Source: a virus
Taxonomy: Duplodnaviria > Caudoviricetes
IMG/VR virus record: IMGVR_UViG_3300035139_000065
Coordinates: 1-43,414 of that record
DNA: 43,414 nucleotides
Strand: one strand, 5' to 3'
Under the pieces are notes generated by a model. It was not told where the DNA came from and ran no database searches. It saw only the letters and a program-made list of their open reading frames with translations. Shown in pieces: positions 18,543 to 25,621 of this stretch. Both the position numbers and the translations under genes were made by a program. Numbering within the stretch: the first letter of the stretch is position 1; each line of letters opens with the position of its first letter.

Positions 18543-18565
18543 GTTGCTTGCTCCTCCTTAGTTGC

Positions 18566-18607
18566 CTACCGACACGGAGGCGCGGGCGGATGCCTCCGTG
18601 TCGGTAG
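18566..18607. terminator. Perfect 16-bp inverted repeat (terminator or processing hairpin)
   Basis: CTACCGACACGGAGGC (18566-18581) and GCCTCCGTGTCGGTAG (18592-18607), 10-nt loop, intergenic. Confidence 0.6.
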
Positions 18608-18628
18608 AAAGCGCTTGCTCCGACTTGC

Positions 18629-18925
18629 CTACTCGAAGCACTCGTAGCGGACCAGTTCGCCCGCCACGTTCAGATCGGCATCGGCACCCAGACGGAAGCC
18701 GTTGGCGAGCGGGGCGATTCCGTTCGCCCCGATCATCGCGGCGGCACCGGCCTTGAGGCGCTTGAAGCCGCGACCGTCGCCCATCCCCTCGTGCCACTCC
18801 AACGTATCGTCGGAGGCTTCGTTGATGAGCTTGACCCGGCTGGGCCGGTAGCCAACCTTCGTGATGTCCAACTGCGCACCGGTCCCGTAGAACGAACCGT
18901 GCATGATCTTCCAACCGCTTGCCAT
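18629..18925 (-). CDS. Small beta-rich probable virion (decoration/fibre-domain) protein
   Basis: GSFYGTG...VGYRPSRVKL...NGFRLG...LNVAGE pattern seen in phage fibre/decoration domains. AAGGAGG RBS; capsid-like codon bias. Confidence 0.6.
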   Translation of the reverse strand: MASGWKIMHGSFYGTGAQLDITKVGYRPSRVKLINEASDDTLEWHEGMGDGRGFKRLKAGAAAMIGANGIAPLANGFRLGADADLNVAGELVRYECFE

Positions 18926-19078
18926 GTCTCTTTCCTCCTTGCGTTCGTCCCTGCTGCGTCGCGCTTGACGGATCGCGTTTGGCGCGTTGGGACCGCCCTC
19001 ACCTTAGCGTCCTGCGTTGCCGCTGGTCGCGACGCCTCGGGCGGGGAACGCTTTCCCGCCCTTACTCAAGCGAAGGTC

Positions 19079-19119
19079 ATTGTAGCCGGAACGTCTGAGA
19101 CTGCCAAGATCGATCTTGG
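19079..19119 (-). promoter_or_regulatory. Sigma70-type promoter with an overlapping 16-bp palindromic operator
   Basis: Minus strand TTGGCA-17 nt-TACAAT (19107-19079). CCAAGATCGATCTTGG perfect palindrome at 19104-19119. Confidence 0.65.
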
Positions 19120-19121
19120 AA

Positions 19122-19775
19122 TCAGACCTTGGGCGGTGCGTGCTTCTGCTTCTTGCGCTTGATCTTGCGCCTCTTCGAGAGACCACCCTTGGACTCAGGC
19201 GGTGGCGACGATAGCTCTGGTTTCGGCTTCAACAGCTTGGCAGGCTTCGGAGGTTTGGCTTCCGAGATATCAACGTCACCGAATCTCGTGATGGCAGCAC
19301 GCAAGCCTTCAAGCTGTTCATAGACCTTGCCTCTAAGCTCCTTGTCGCTGAGATCCTTGATGGCGATGCCGCCCACGAACTGATGCTGTTCAGGAACACG
19401 GCGCAACACTCCAAAGTCCTGCCCGCGCGTGACCATGCGATCAAGAATCTCCGACTTCACCCGGACGGCTCCAACGATTGCGTTCAGTTGGTTGCTGTTG
19501 CGCCACTTGCGAATCAGCGTGTTGAGATCCTTGATACAGCCTTCCTGGCGAAGGCAATAGTCGATGTAAGACTGATCGGCTGGCTTGTCGAACCTTGCTG
19601 CTGCATCCTCCTTGTACAGGTCTTCAAGCAGCGCCATGTACTTGGTAGGCGATAGCTCCATGTCCTCTTGAATGCGAAGGTCGCTCTCGCCAGCAGCCAA
19701 TCGCGCACGAATCGCAGCGATGAGAAACCGCCGCGTCTTCTCGCGACGCAATATCTTCTTCCGCTTCTTCTTCAC
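19122..19775 (-). CDS. Probable terminase small subunit
   Basis: N-terminal HTH-like GESDLRIQEDMELS, helical core and DLSDKEL motif; upstream of terL. Confidence 0.55.
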   Translation of the reverse strand: MKKKRKKILRREKTRRFLIAAIRARLAAGESDLRIQEDMELSPTKYMALLEDLYKEDAAARFDKPADQSYIDYCLRQEGCIKDLNTLIRKWRNSNQLNAIVGAVRVKSEILDRMVTRGQDFGVLRRVPEQHQFVGGIAIKDLSDKELRGKVYEQLEGLRAAITRFGDVDISEAKPPKPAKLLKPKPELSSPPPESKGGLSKRRKIKRKKQKHAPPKV

Positions 19776-19984
19776 TTGATCGCCTCGTTCAGCAGCACCA
19801 TCAACCGTTCCGAAGTCTGCTCTCCATCATCGAGGAAAACATGACAGACGGTGCGTGCCCGTTGGTAGCTCAACCCATACCGGCTCTTGATGAACTCGGC
19901 GGCAGCGCCAATGCGACGTTCCAGAATCATGCAGACAACATCTGCAAGGTGGGCGTCATTTTCATCCAGCAGCCTGACGCACAT
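19772..19984 (-). CDS. Hypothetical protein
   Basis: 70 aa; GAGG RBS before ATG at 19984; GTGA overlap with the next gene. Confidence 0.55.
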   Translation of the reverse strand: MCVRLLDENDAHLADVVCMILERRIGAAAEFIKSRYGLSYQRARTVCHVFLDDGEQTSERLMVLLNEAIK

Positions 19985-19986
19985 CA

Positions 19987-20916
19987 CTACCTCGCGTTCG
20001 GATCCAGCGGCTCCCGCAACATGTGCCCAATCAGCCTGTTGATCGCTCTGGCAACCTTCCAGTAGCGCGACCGCCGGGGCCGTGGCTTTCCATCCTTGTC
20101 CTTGAGGTTGGCGCACTTCCTGTTGCCCCAAAAACCAAAGCTGCTTCGGGCGAACTTCAGAGCAAGCCGATAGAGGTCTTCGGGAGCAACCCAAGACAAG
20201 CGATCAAGGTACTTGTGCAGATACTCCTCTGCCTTGCGCGGGCTGTTCTGCCAGAAGCTCCAAAACAACGCACGGGTTGCCGTGAGGTGCGGATCCTTGA
20301 TCGGCGTCCAGAAAGATGGCACTTCCCCTTCCGGATACAGGTAGAAGGCAATCGTCAGCTTGTCCATCCTTGGACGCAGGAAGAGAGCTTCACGAGCAAG
20401 CTCATCGCGGAAGAACTCTTCCTGTAGCCTTGCCGCTTCGGCCCCTTGGGTTCTCCAGAATCCCCGGGCGATCGTGTCTGCTCTCTGACGGAACTTGCCG
20501 TGCTTGGGAACCTGCCCGGAGGGTGTCGTCAGCCATTCGCGGATGTCTGCCTTCTTACGAATCACCCGACCGTTCTCGGTGAACGCTTCCCGCTCCGGAT
20601 CGAAGTCCAAACCAAGCTCTTCCAAAGCTTGGTCCATCGGGCTGTCCTCGTACAGGTCGTAATCATCGAGGAACTTGAGCAACCGCTGTAACCTACCACT
20701 CGTTGCCGTCCACTGCGCGAAACCGTAGGTGATGCCCGTCCCGTCGTAATCGATGAACGTGTTGTAAGCGCCCCCTTCCGGCTCCGTCGTAGCTTGGAAA
20801 ACAACGTCCCATTCCTGTGGTGGATCGTCCGGTGAAAAGGGCTCACTGCCGCGAATGCGAACACCGCTCCAGTTGCGAAACTTCGACCAACGAGTTGTCG
20901 GATGGTCCGATGGCAT
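19987..20916 (-). CDS. Lysozyme-like protein, endolysin candidate
   Basis: EGGAYNTFIDYDGTGITYGFAQWT...GRLQRLL resembles the E...D..GxxxGxxQW muramidase signature. Confidence 0.6.
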   Translation of the reverse strand: MPSDHPTTRWSKFRNWSGVRIRGSEPFSPDDPPQEWDVVFQATTEPEGGAYNTFIDYDGTGITYGFAQWTATSGRLQRLLKFLDDYDLYEDSPMDQALEELGLDFDPEREAFTENGRVIRKKADIREWLTTPSGQVPKHGKFRQRADTIARGFWRTQGAEAARLQEEFFRDELAREALFLRPRMDKLTIAFYLYPEGEVPSFWTPIKDPHLTATRALFWSFWQNSPRKAEEYLHKYLDRLSWVAPEDLYRLALKFARSSFGFWGNRKCANLKDKDGKPRPRRSRYWKVARAINRLIGHMLREPLDPNAR

Positions 20917-21007
20917 CGCGCAAGCCTCCTGCCAGAATCTAGGGCTCAAGGTTGTACGTGAAGGTGTCTGGGGAAAGCTGGACGACGAGGAAGGCAGAGG
21001 TAGCAGG

Positions 21008-21703
21008 CTACTTAGTGGACGCCTTGTTGACTGCCTCTTGCAAGCTCTTCAGTTGCCGTCGGGCACTCTCTGATGTCTTCTTGCTTTCCCCGATACCCTT
21101 CCACAGATCTGCAATCTGTTGATCAATTTGGTCGCAGCGCTCATTCAAAGCAACGAGTGATGCCGAGGTTTCGATGCTCGTTGCCCGGAGCCCGTCAACC
21201 GCGCTCTTGAGTTCGGCCATCTTCCCATCGAACGCAACCAACCGATCACCGGCAAGCTCGATGTGCTTGCGGTACTTCTCGCCTGTCGCCGTCATTCCCT
21301 TGACTGCTGTACGACCATCCCCAACGATCTGCGACACGCGGTTTTGCGCGTCCTGCCGAATCTGTTTGACCGCATCATCGATGCTGGCAGTTGCTTCACG
21401 TTGCATACCGACCTTCAGCTTGGAGAAGATGCCGTCCCATTCCTCCTTCAGCGTCGCAACCGCCTTGTCGATCGCTGCGTTGATATCTCCGCTGACTTCG
21501 GAACGGAACTTGTTGAACCGCTTGTCGATCGCCTCATCAACCAAGGCTTCGAGGTTGACGGGTGGGGTCGCCTTTGTTTCATCCTTCGTGAACGGCGGAT
21601 GGCTCACAACGTGTTCCGCCGTCTGACGCAACCTTTCTTCGGTAGGTGACGGCAACTCAACTTCGATTGCGGTAACTCCGTCCTTCTGTTCCCCGTCTTG
21701 CAT
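21008..21703 (-). CDS. Coiled-coil hypothetical protein
   Basis: Heptad-rich 231 aa; GGAGG RBS. Confidence 0.65.
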   Translation of the reverse strand: MQDGEQKDGVTAIEVELPSPTEERLRQTAEHVVSHPPFTKDETKATPPVNLEALVDEAIDKRFNKFRSEVSGDINAAIDKAVATLKEEWDGIFSKLKVGMQREATASIDDAVKQIRQDAQNRVSQIVGDGRTAVKGMTATGEKYRKHIELAGDRLVAFDGKMAELKSAVDGLRATSIETSASLVALNERCDQIDQQIADLWKGIGESKKTSESARRQLKSLQEAVNKASTK

Positions 21704-21716
21704 CGTTCTTCCTCCC

Positions 21717-22019
21717 TTACTCATTGCTTCGAAGACACCATCGTGATGTCTCCCGATAGTAGCAGCGATCCGGCTTGCAACACACCAACACGAAGGCTCC
21801 AATTCCTAGATAGCAATGTTCCTCCGGAGTCGGCAACCTACTCACCACCGCAGTGAACGGAATATATCCGAACTGACACCGCTGAGGACCAACCGTCGCC
21901 TCAACCGGCTCATCAATCTGCTTGACCGTGTAGCCGGAGCGCGTGAGATAGTCACGAGCAAACTCCTTCATGTCGTGCTTGCAAGACACAAGCAATACCA
22001 GCAACGCACACCATCTCAC
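21717..22019 (-). CDS. Putative lipoprotein
   Basis: Signal MRWCALLVLLVS-C with an LVSC lipobox; several Cys in the mature part. Confidence 0.6.
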   Translation of the reverse strand: MRWCALLVLLVSCKHDMKEFARDYLTRSGYTVKQIDEPVEATVGPQRCQFGYIPFTAVVSRLPTPEEHCYLGIGAFVLVCCKPDRCYYRETSRWCLRSNE

Positions 22020-22056
22020 CTTCCCACCTCCATCCTTGCGTTGCGACCAAGCTTGG

Positions 22057-22443
22057 TCACTCTTCGGTACGCAAACGGTTTCGCTTGCGCTTCTTCTTGC
22101 CCTTCTTCTTGCCCTTGCGCGGTGTAGCCTCTTTGCTAGGCTTTGTCTTGAGCATTTTTTCGGGCTTGGTTATTTTCAGCAGGGTTGATGTCAGCAGGAA
22201 GCGGTAGAGGTACAGCGGACAACCGCTCGATACGCATCGGCGCACGTCAACAGACGACCACCCGTTGCACTCCAGGCAGAAGACGCGAACCGCGAACCGC
22301 CGGGAACGCCTCTCCAACGCCATCCGGTACATCTTGCGATAGCGGACGGGAATCGTCTTGAGCTTGCGCAATGCGCGATCAGTCAGCGCGAATCGCTTTG
22401 GCTTGGGTCGCTTGAACTCTTTCTTCTTGCGTTTCACGAACAC
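22057..22443 (-). CDS. Basic Zn-finger protein
   Basis: FCLECNG...RCVSSGCPLYLYR four-Cys motif common in phage proteins. Confidence 0.65.
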   Translation of the reverse strand: MFVKRKKKEFKRPKPKRFALTDRALRKLKTIPVRYRKMYRMALERRSRRFAVRVFCLECNGWSSVDVRRCVSSGCPLYLYRFLLTSTLLKITKPEKMLKTKPSKEATPRKGKKKGKKKRKRNRLRTEE

Positions 22444-22480
22444 ACCTTAGTTGCTGTTGCTTCTGCCAGCAACAACACTA

Positions 22481-23176
22481 TCAAGCGACTGCTTCCTCAA
22501 CTGTTGCCTGTGTTGCCTTGCGCTTCTTGATGACTCGCTTAGTTCCCTTCCTCGCTGGAACTCTCTCGATGATGCGCTCCGTCGGCACGAGTCGAACCAA
22601 CACGACGGGAACGCTGATCTTGACGGGCGACACATCCTTGCGCTTCGCGCTCCTTCGAACCAGAGCCTTGGCGAGATCCACACGCCCCTTACGGGTGATT
22701 CGCCAGCCGTCCACTTCGAGGGGCAGCACCGTTCGACGATACCAACGGCGGAACTCGCCCACCTTCATCTGCTTCAACCCACCAACCTGATAGGTCACGG
22801 TCTCGCGCCTGCACCCCAGCGAGTTGAGGTTGTAGTAGTGAGCAACCCCCTCGGCCTCCTTGCCGCCAAGCAATGCGAGCAAGCCAGTCGTTCCGATCGA
22901 TACCGTCGTCACCTGCTTGTCTGCTTCCGTATCGCGAATGACGATGGTGAGGATTCCGGCATCGCTTCGCTTGACGTGTGCCGCCAACCTGCAAGGCAGA
23001 CCAGCAACCTCAAGAGGCGCTAGCTTCTTCTCCCGTTTGGGCTTCGGCAGCTTAGTCAACGCGCGGGAGATCTTGGGATGCAACCCCTGAACCAACGGCT
23101 TGTCTCCCGGTACGGTAACAGGACCGTCCTTGACCTCCGGCTTCTTCGCTCGACGAATCGCTTTGCGACGTTTCAT
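22481..23176 (-). CDS. Basic hypothetical protein
   Basis: 231 aa; GGAGG RBS. Confidence 0.6.
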   Translation of the reverse strand: MKRRKAIRRAKKPEVKDGPVTVPGDKPLVQGLHPKISRALTKLPKPKREKKLAPLEVAGLPCRLAAHVKRSDAGILTIVIRDTEADKQVTTVSIGTTGLLALLGGKEAEGVAHYYNLNSLGCRRETVTYQVGGLKQMKVGEFRRWYRRTVLPLEVDGWRITRKGRVDLAKALVRRSAKRKDVSPVKISVPVVLVRLVPTERIIERVPARKGTKRVIKKRKATQATVEEAVA

Positions 23177-23189
23177 CCTCCAACCCTCC

Positions 23190-23330
23190 TCACCTTCGGC
23201 AGTCGCACTTCGGTTTCTCGACTCGCTTGCCGTTCTTCTCGACGGAAAGGCGCTTGCCGCACTTCATGCACTGGAAGAGTTCGTGTCTGGCGTCCGCACC
23301 AACCCAGACAACCCTTGCCTTCTTCGCCAT
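23190..23330 (-). CDS. 46-aa Zn-ribbon protein (below the ORF track cut-off)
   Basis: MAKKARVVWVGADARHELFQCMKCGKRLSVEKNGKRVEKPKCDCRR; TGATG coupling to the upstream stop. Confidence 0.65.
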   Translation of the reverse strand: MAKKARVVWVGADARHELFQCMKCGKRLSVEKNGKRVEKPKCDCRR

Positions 23331-23683
23331 CAGCCATCCCTCTGTCTCTCCAACTCAGCAATGTAGAGTTCGATGTGCTGGTTGGCCCGCTCGATGCTCT
23401 CGACGCAGAGCGATGCAACATCAGAGACCTTCTTGACGCTGTTGATCACGTCGTACAACCCATGTCCGGGAGCTATCAACGCAAGGGCAACCTCGCATTC
23501 CTCAGCGCTCTGCATCTGGAGCAGTTCGGCAATCGTCTCCTTGACCGTGCCTCGGATGCTGTTCATCGTCGTCTGCGCCATCAGGTAGCGAGCAAGTACG
23601 TTGTTCATCGCAAGGATCGCCAGTTCGCGATTGCGATCGATCGCTTCCTGCCCCTCTTCTTCCTGTTTCGTCTTCTCAGCCAT
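23330..23683 (-). CDS. Hypothetical helical protein
   Basis: GAGG RBS, in operon order. Confidence 0.6.
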   Translation of the reverse strand: MAEKTKQEEEGQEAIDRNRELAILAMNNVLARYLMAQTTMNSIRGTVKETIAELLQMQSAEECEVALALIAPGHGLYDVINSVKKVSDVASLCVESIERANQHIELYIAELERQRDG

Positions 23684-24500
23684 CTTCCTCATCCTCCTTT
23701 GGCACGAATACCGGTCGCCAGTTGAAGTCCTCGCCAGCTTCGACGAGAACGAAGCAGTTCATCCGCTCGATACACTCGCCTTCATCCTCTAGTCGCTGCT
23801 TGCATCGGTAGAACTTGCTTCCCGCGCAAGATGCGGTGACGAAGTCGATTCCGTAGGCACGTTGTTCACAGTAGACGTGATCGTGCCCGGTCAACACAAG
23901 TTCGACCTGATCGCGGATGATTGGTAACAGGAACTCGCGCAGCAGTTCCGCCTTCACCTCCCTCCGTCCCTGCGTCGAGCAGATGTACAACGGGTGATGC
24001 AGGACAAGCACTCTATATCTTGCCCGGGATTCTTGCAGTCGATCGCGCAACCACGACAGCGAGTAGCCACCGATTCCCCATGGCAGAGCAAACACGTCGA
24101 CGCAACCACACTCAATATGAATCGGCCAAGAGTGCGGAGCATGATCCAGCACCCAATCAAGATCATCCCAATCGTGGTTGCCTTGCGCGGTATACCAAGG
24201 AACCGACCTCAACGGCTGTATCGCACGTTGATGCTCTTCCCACGGATGACCTTCGTCAACGTTGTCACCACCCGACACCACAAAGTCGATCGGTCGATGC
24301 ATGGGGCCGGTCTGATCTCCGGAAAGCTCCAGAGCCATCGCCCGAACAACCCTCTGAAAGGCAGGGCTGTCTCCGTGCGCGTCGCTGTAGAACAGGAAGG
24401 CGCAAGGCTGGCAGGGAGGCGGTGGCGGGGGTTCGGGAATCAGTTGATGCAACGGAGGCACCAACCATCCGAAGACGAGCGCCAGCAACAACCCGATCAT
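23676..24500 (-). CDS. Exported/membrane-anchored metallophosphoesterase (calcineurin-like, purple acid phosphatase-like)
   Basis: DAHG, GDNVD, GNHD, HHP and GHDH motifs; hydrophobic N-terminus followed by a poly-Pro linker. Confidence 0.88.
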   Translation of the reverse strand: MIGLLLALVFGWLVPPLHQLIPEPPPPPPCQPCAFLFYSDAHGDSPAFQRVVRAMALELSGDQTGPMHRPIDFVVSGGDNVDEGHPWEEHQRAIQPLRSVPWYTAQGNHDWDDLDWVLDHAPHSWPIHIECGCVDVFALPWGIGGYSLSWLRDRLQESRARYRVLVLHHPLYICSTQGRREVKAELLREFLLPIIRDQVELVLTGHDHVYCEQRAYGIDFVTASCAGSKFYRCKQRLEDEGECIERMNCFVLVEAGEDFNWRPVFVPKEDEEDG

Positions 24501-24503
24501 CGG

Positions 24504-24806
24504 CTACTTCGCAACAGCCTTGGTCAGCTTGCCAACCAGCTTCTCCAGATCGGCAACCTGATCGGTCGAGATTGCGATGCCCTTCTTGGTCGGCAGGTAC
24601 TCTCCAGAATCGGAGAGGTAGAACACGCGAAGGTCGGCGTAGGTGCGTCCGCGGTACGTGTTGATCTGCGCACGCACCTCTTCCGCCGCGTTGCGCTTGA
24701 AGCTGCCGATCACAACGTTGCCATCCGGCGGCTTCTGCGGCTTCTCGCCCTTGCTCGCCTTGCCCTTCTTGCTCTTCTTCGTCTTGGTCTTCTTCTCGTC
24801 GCTCAT
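24504..24806 (-). CDS. PC4/YdbC-family ssDNA-binding protein
   Basis: INTYRGRTYADLRVFY...GEYLPTKKGIAI, the PC4 signature. Confidence 0.88.
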   Translation of the reverse strand: MSDEKKTKTKKSKKGKASKGEKPQKPPDGNVVIGSFKRNAAEEVRAQINTYRGRTYADLRVFYLSDSGEYLPTKKGIAISTDQVADLEKLVGKLTKAVAK

Positions 24807-24901
24807 AGCATCCTCCTGATCGCGATTCCCACTACCGGCAGCAACCACGCAACCGGCTTGTATGATCTATACTAGACGGTGTTGGCGGGTTTCGAGCGCT
24901 G

Positions 24902-25363
24902 CTAGGGTTCGGTTTTCGCGCAAGATCGGCAGATCCACTTCTCACCGTCGCTGGTTTGCGATTCTCCGCACGTCGAGCACGGCGGTCCGCTATCGGGCGG
25001 AATCGAAGCTTGTGGATCCTCAAGGAACTTCACCACCAGCCATCGAGCAATGTAGTCCATGATCGACTTGGCGTAAGGAATCTTCGGATTGCCGGTGTAA
25101 CCGGAGGGCTCGAAACGCATGTTGCTGAACTTATCAACAAAGACCCTCAACGGCACACCATATTGCAAAGCAAGAGAAATACTAAGAGCAAAAGAATCCA
25201 TCAAACCGGAAAGCGTCGCACCTTCCTTCGCCATCTTGACAAAGATCTCTCCGGGTTCGCCGTTCTCATACAAACCAACGGTGATGTAACCCTTGACTCC
25301 GGCAATCTCGAATCGATGGGTGATGCTGTTTCGCGTATCTGGAAGCCTACGGCGCTCGTTCAT
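24902..25363 (-). CDS. Stand-alone TSCPD-domain protein (C-terminal part of class II ribonucleotide reductase NrdJ) with Zn ribbon
   Basis: RRRLP...GYITVGLYENGEPGEIF...LALQYGVP...RFEPSG...SIMDYIARWL, then CSTCG...CRSC. Confidence 0.88.
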   Translation of the reverse strand: MNERRRLPDTRNSITHRFEIAGVKGYITVGLYENGEPGEIFVKMAKEGATLSGLMDSFALSISLALQYGVPLRVFVDKFSNMRFEPSGYTGNPKIPYAKSIMDYIARWLVVKFLEDPQASIPPDSGPPCSTCGESQTSDGEKWICRSCAKTEP

Positions 25364-25372
25364 CGTGGCACC

Positions 25373-25621
25373 TCAATGCACGGCGTCTTCGCTGCTGCCG
25401 ACTACATCGCATTCCGCCAGGAACTCGCATTCGGCGCAAGATTTGGAAAGGCGGTTCTTGCATCGTTCGCTGTCTTCCTTCTCTTGCAGATCGCGGTTCA
25501 CCCTCTCAACGACCCGACGTGCTTGTATCCGTTTCTGCGCTCGCTGTCCGCAGGCGCAGCCCAAGAGGAAGATGCCGAAGGCAATCGAGAGAAATGCAAT
25601 CACATACATGACGATGGTCAT
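25373..25621 (-). CDS. Small membrane protein with C-terminal Cys cluster
   Basis: N-terminal TM helix; CxxC motif. Confidence 0.55.
   Translation of the reverse strand: MTIVMYVIAFLSIAFGIFLLGCACGQRAQKRIQARRVVERVNRDLQEKEDSERCKNRLSKSCAECEFLAECDVVGSSEDAVH

Noticed and set aside
19004-19186. 60-aa minus-strand ORF
   Set aside because: Overlaps the probable terS and spans the promoter and structured leader; better explained as non-coding.
23173-23421. 82-aa ORF from the track
   Set aside because: The 46-aa Zn-ribbon ORF at 23190-23330 in another frame has better coupling and a clear motif.
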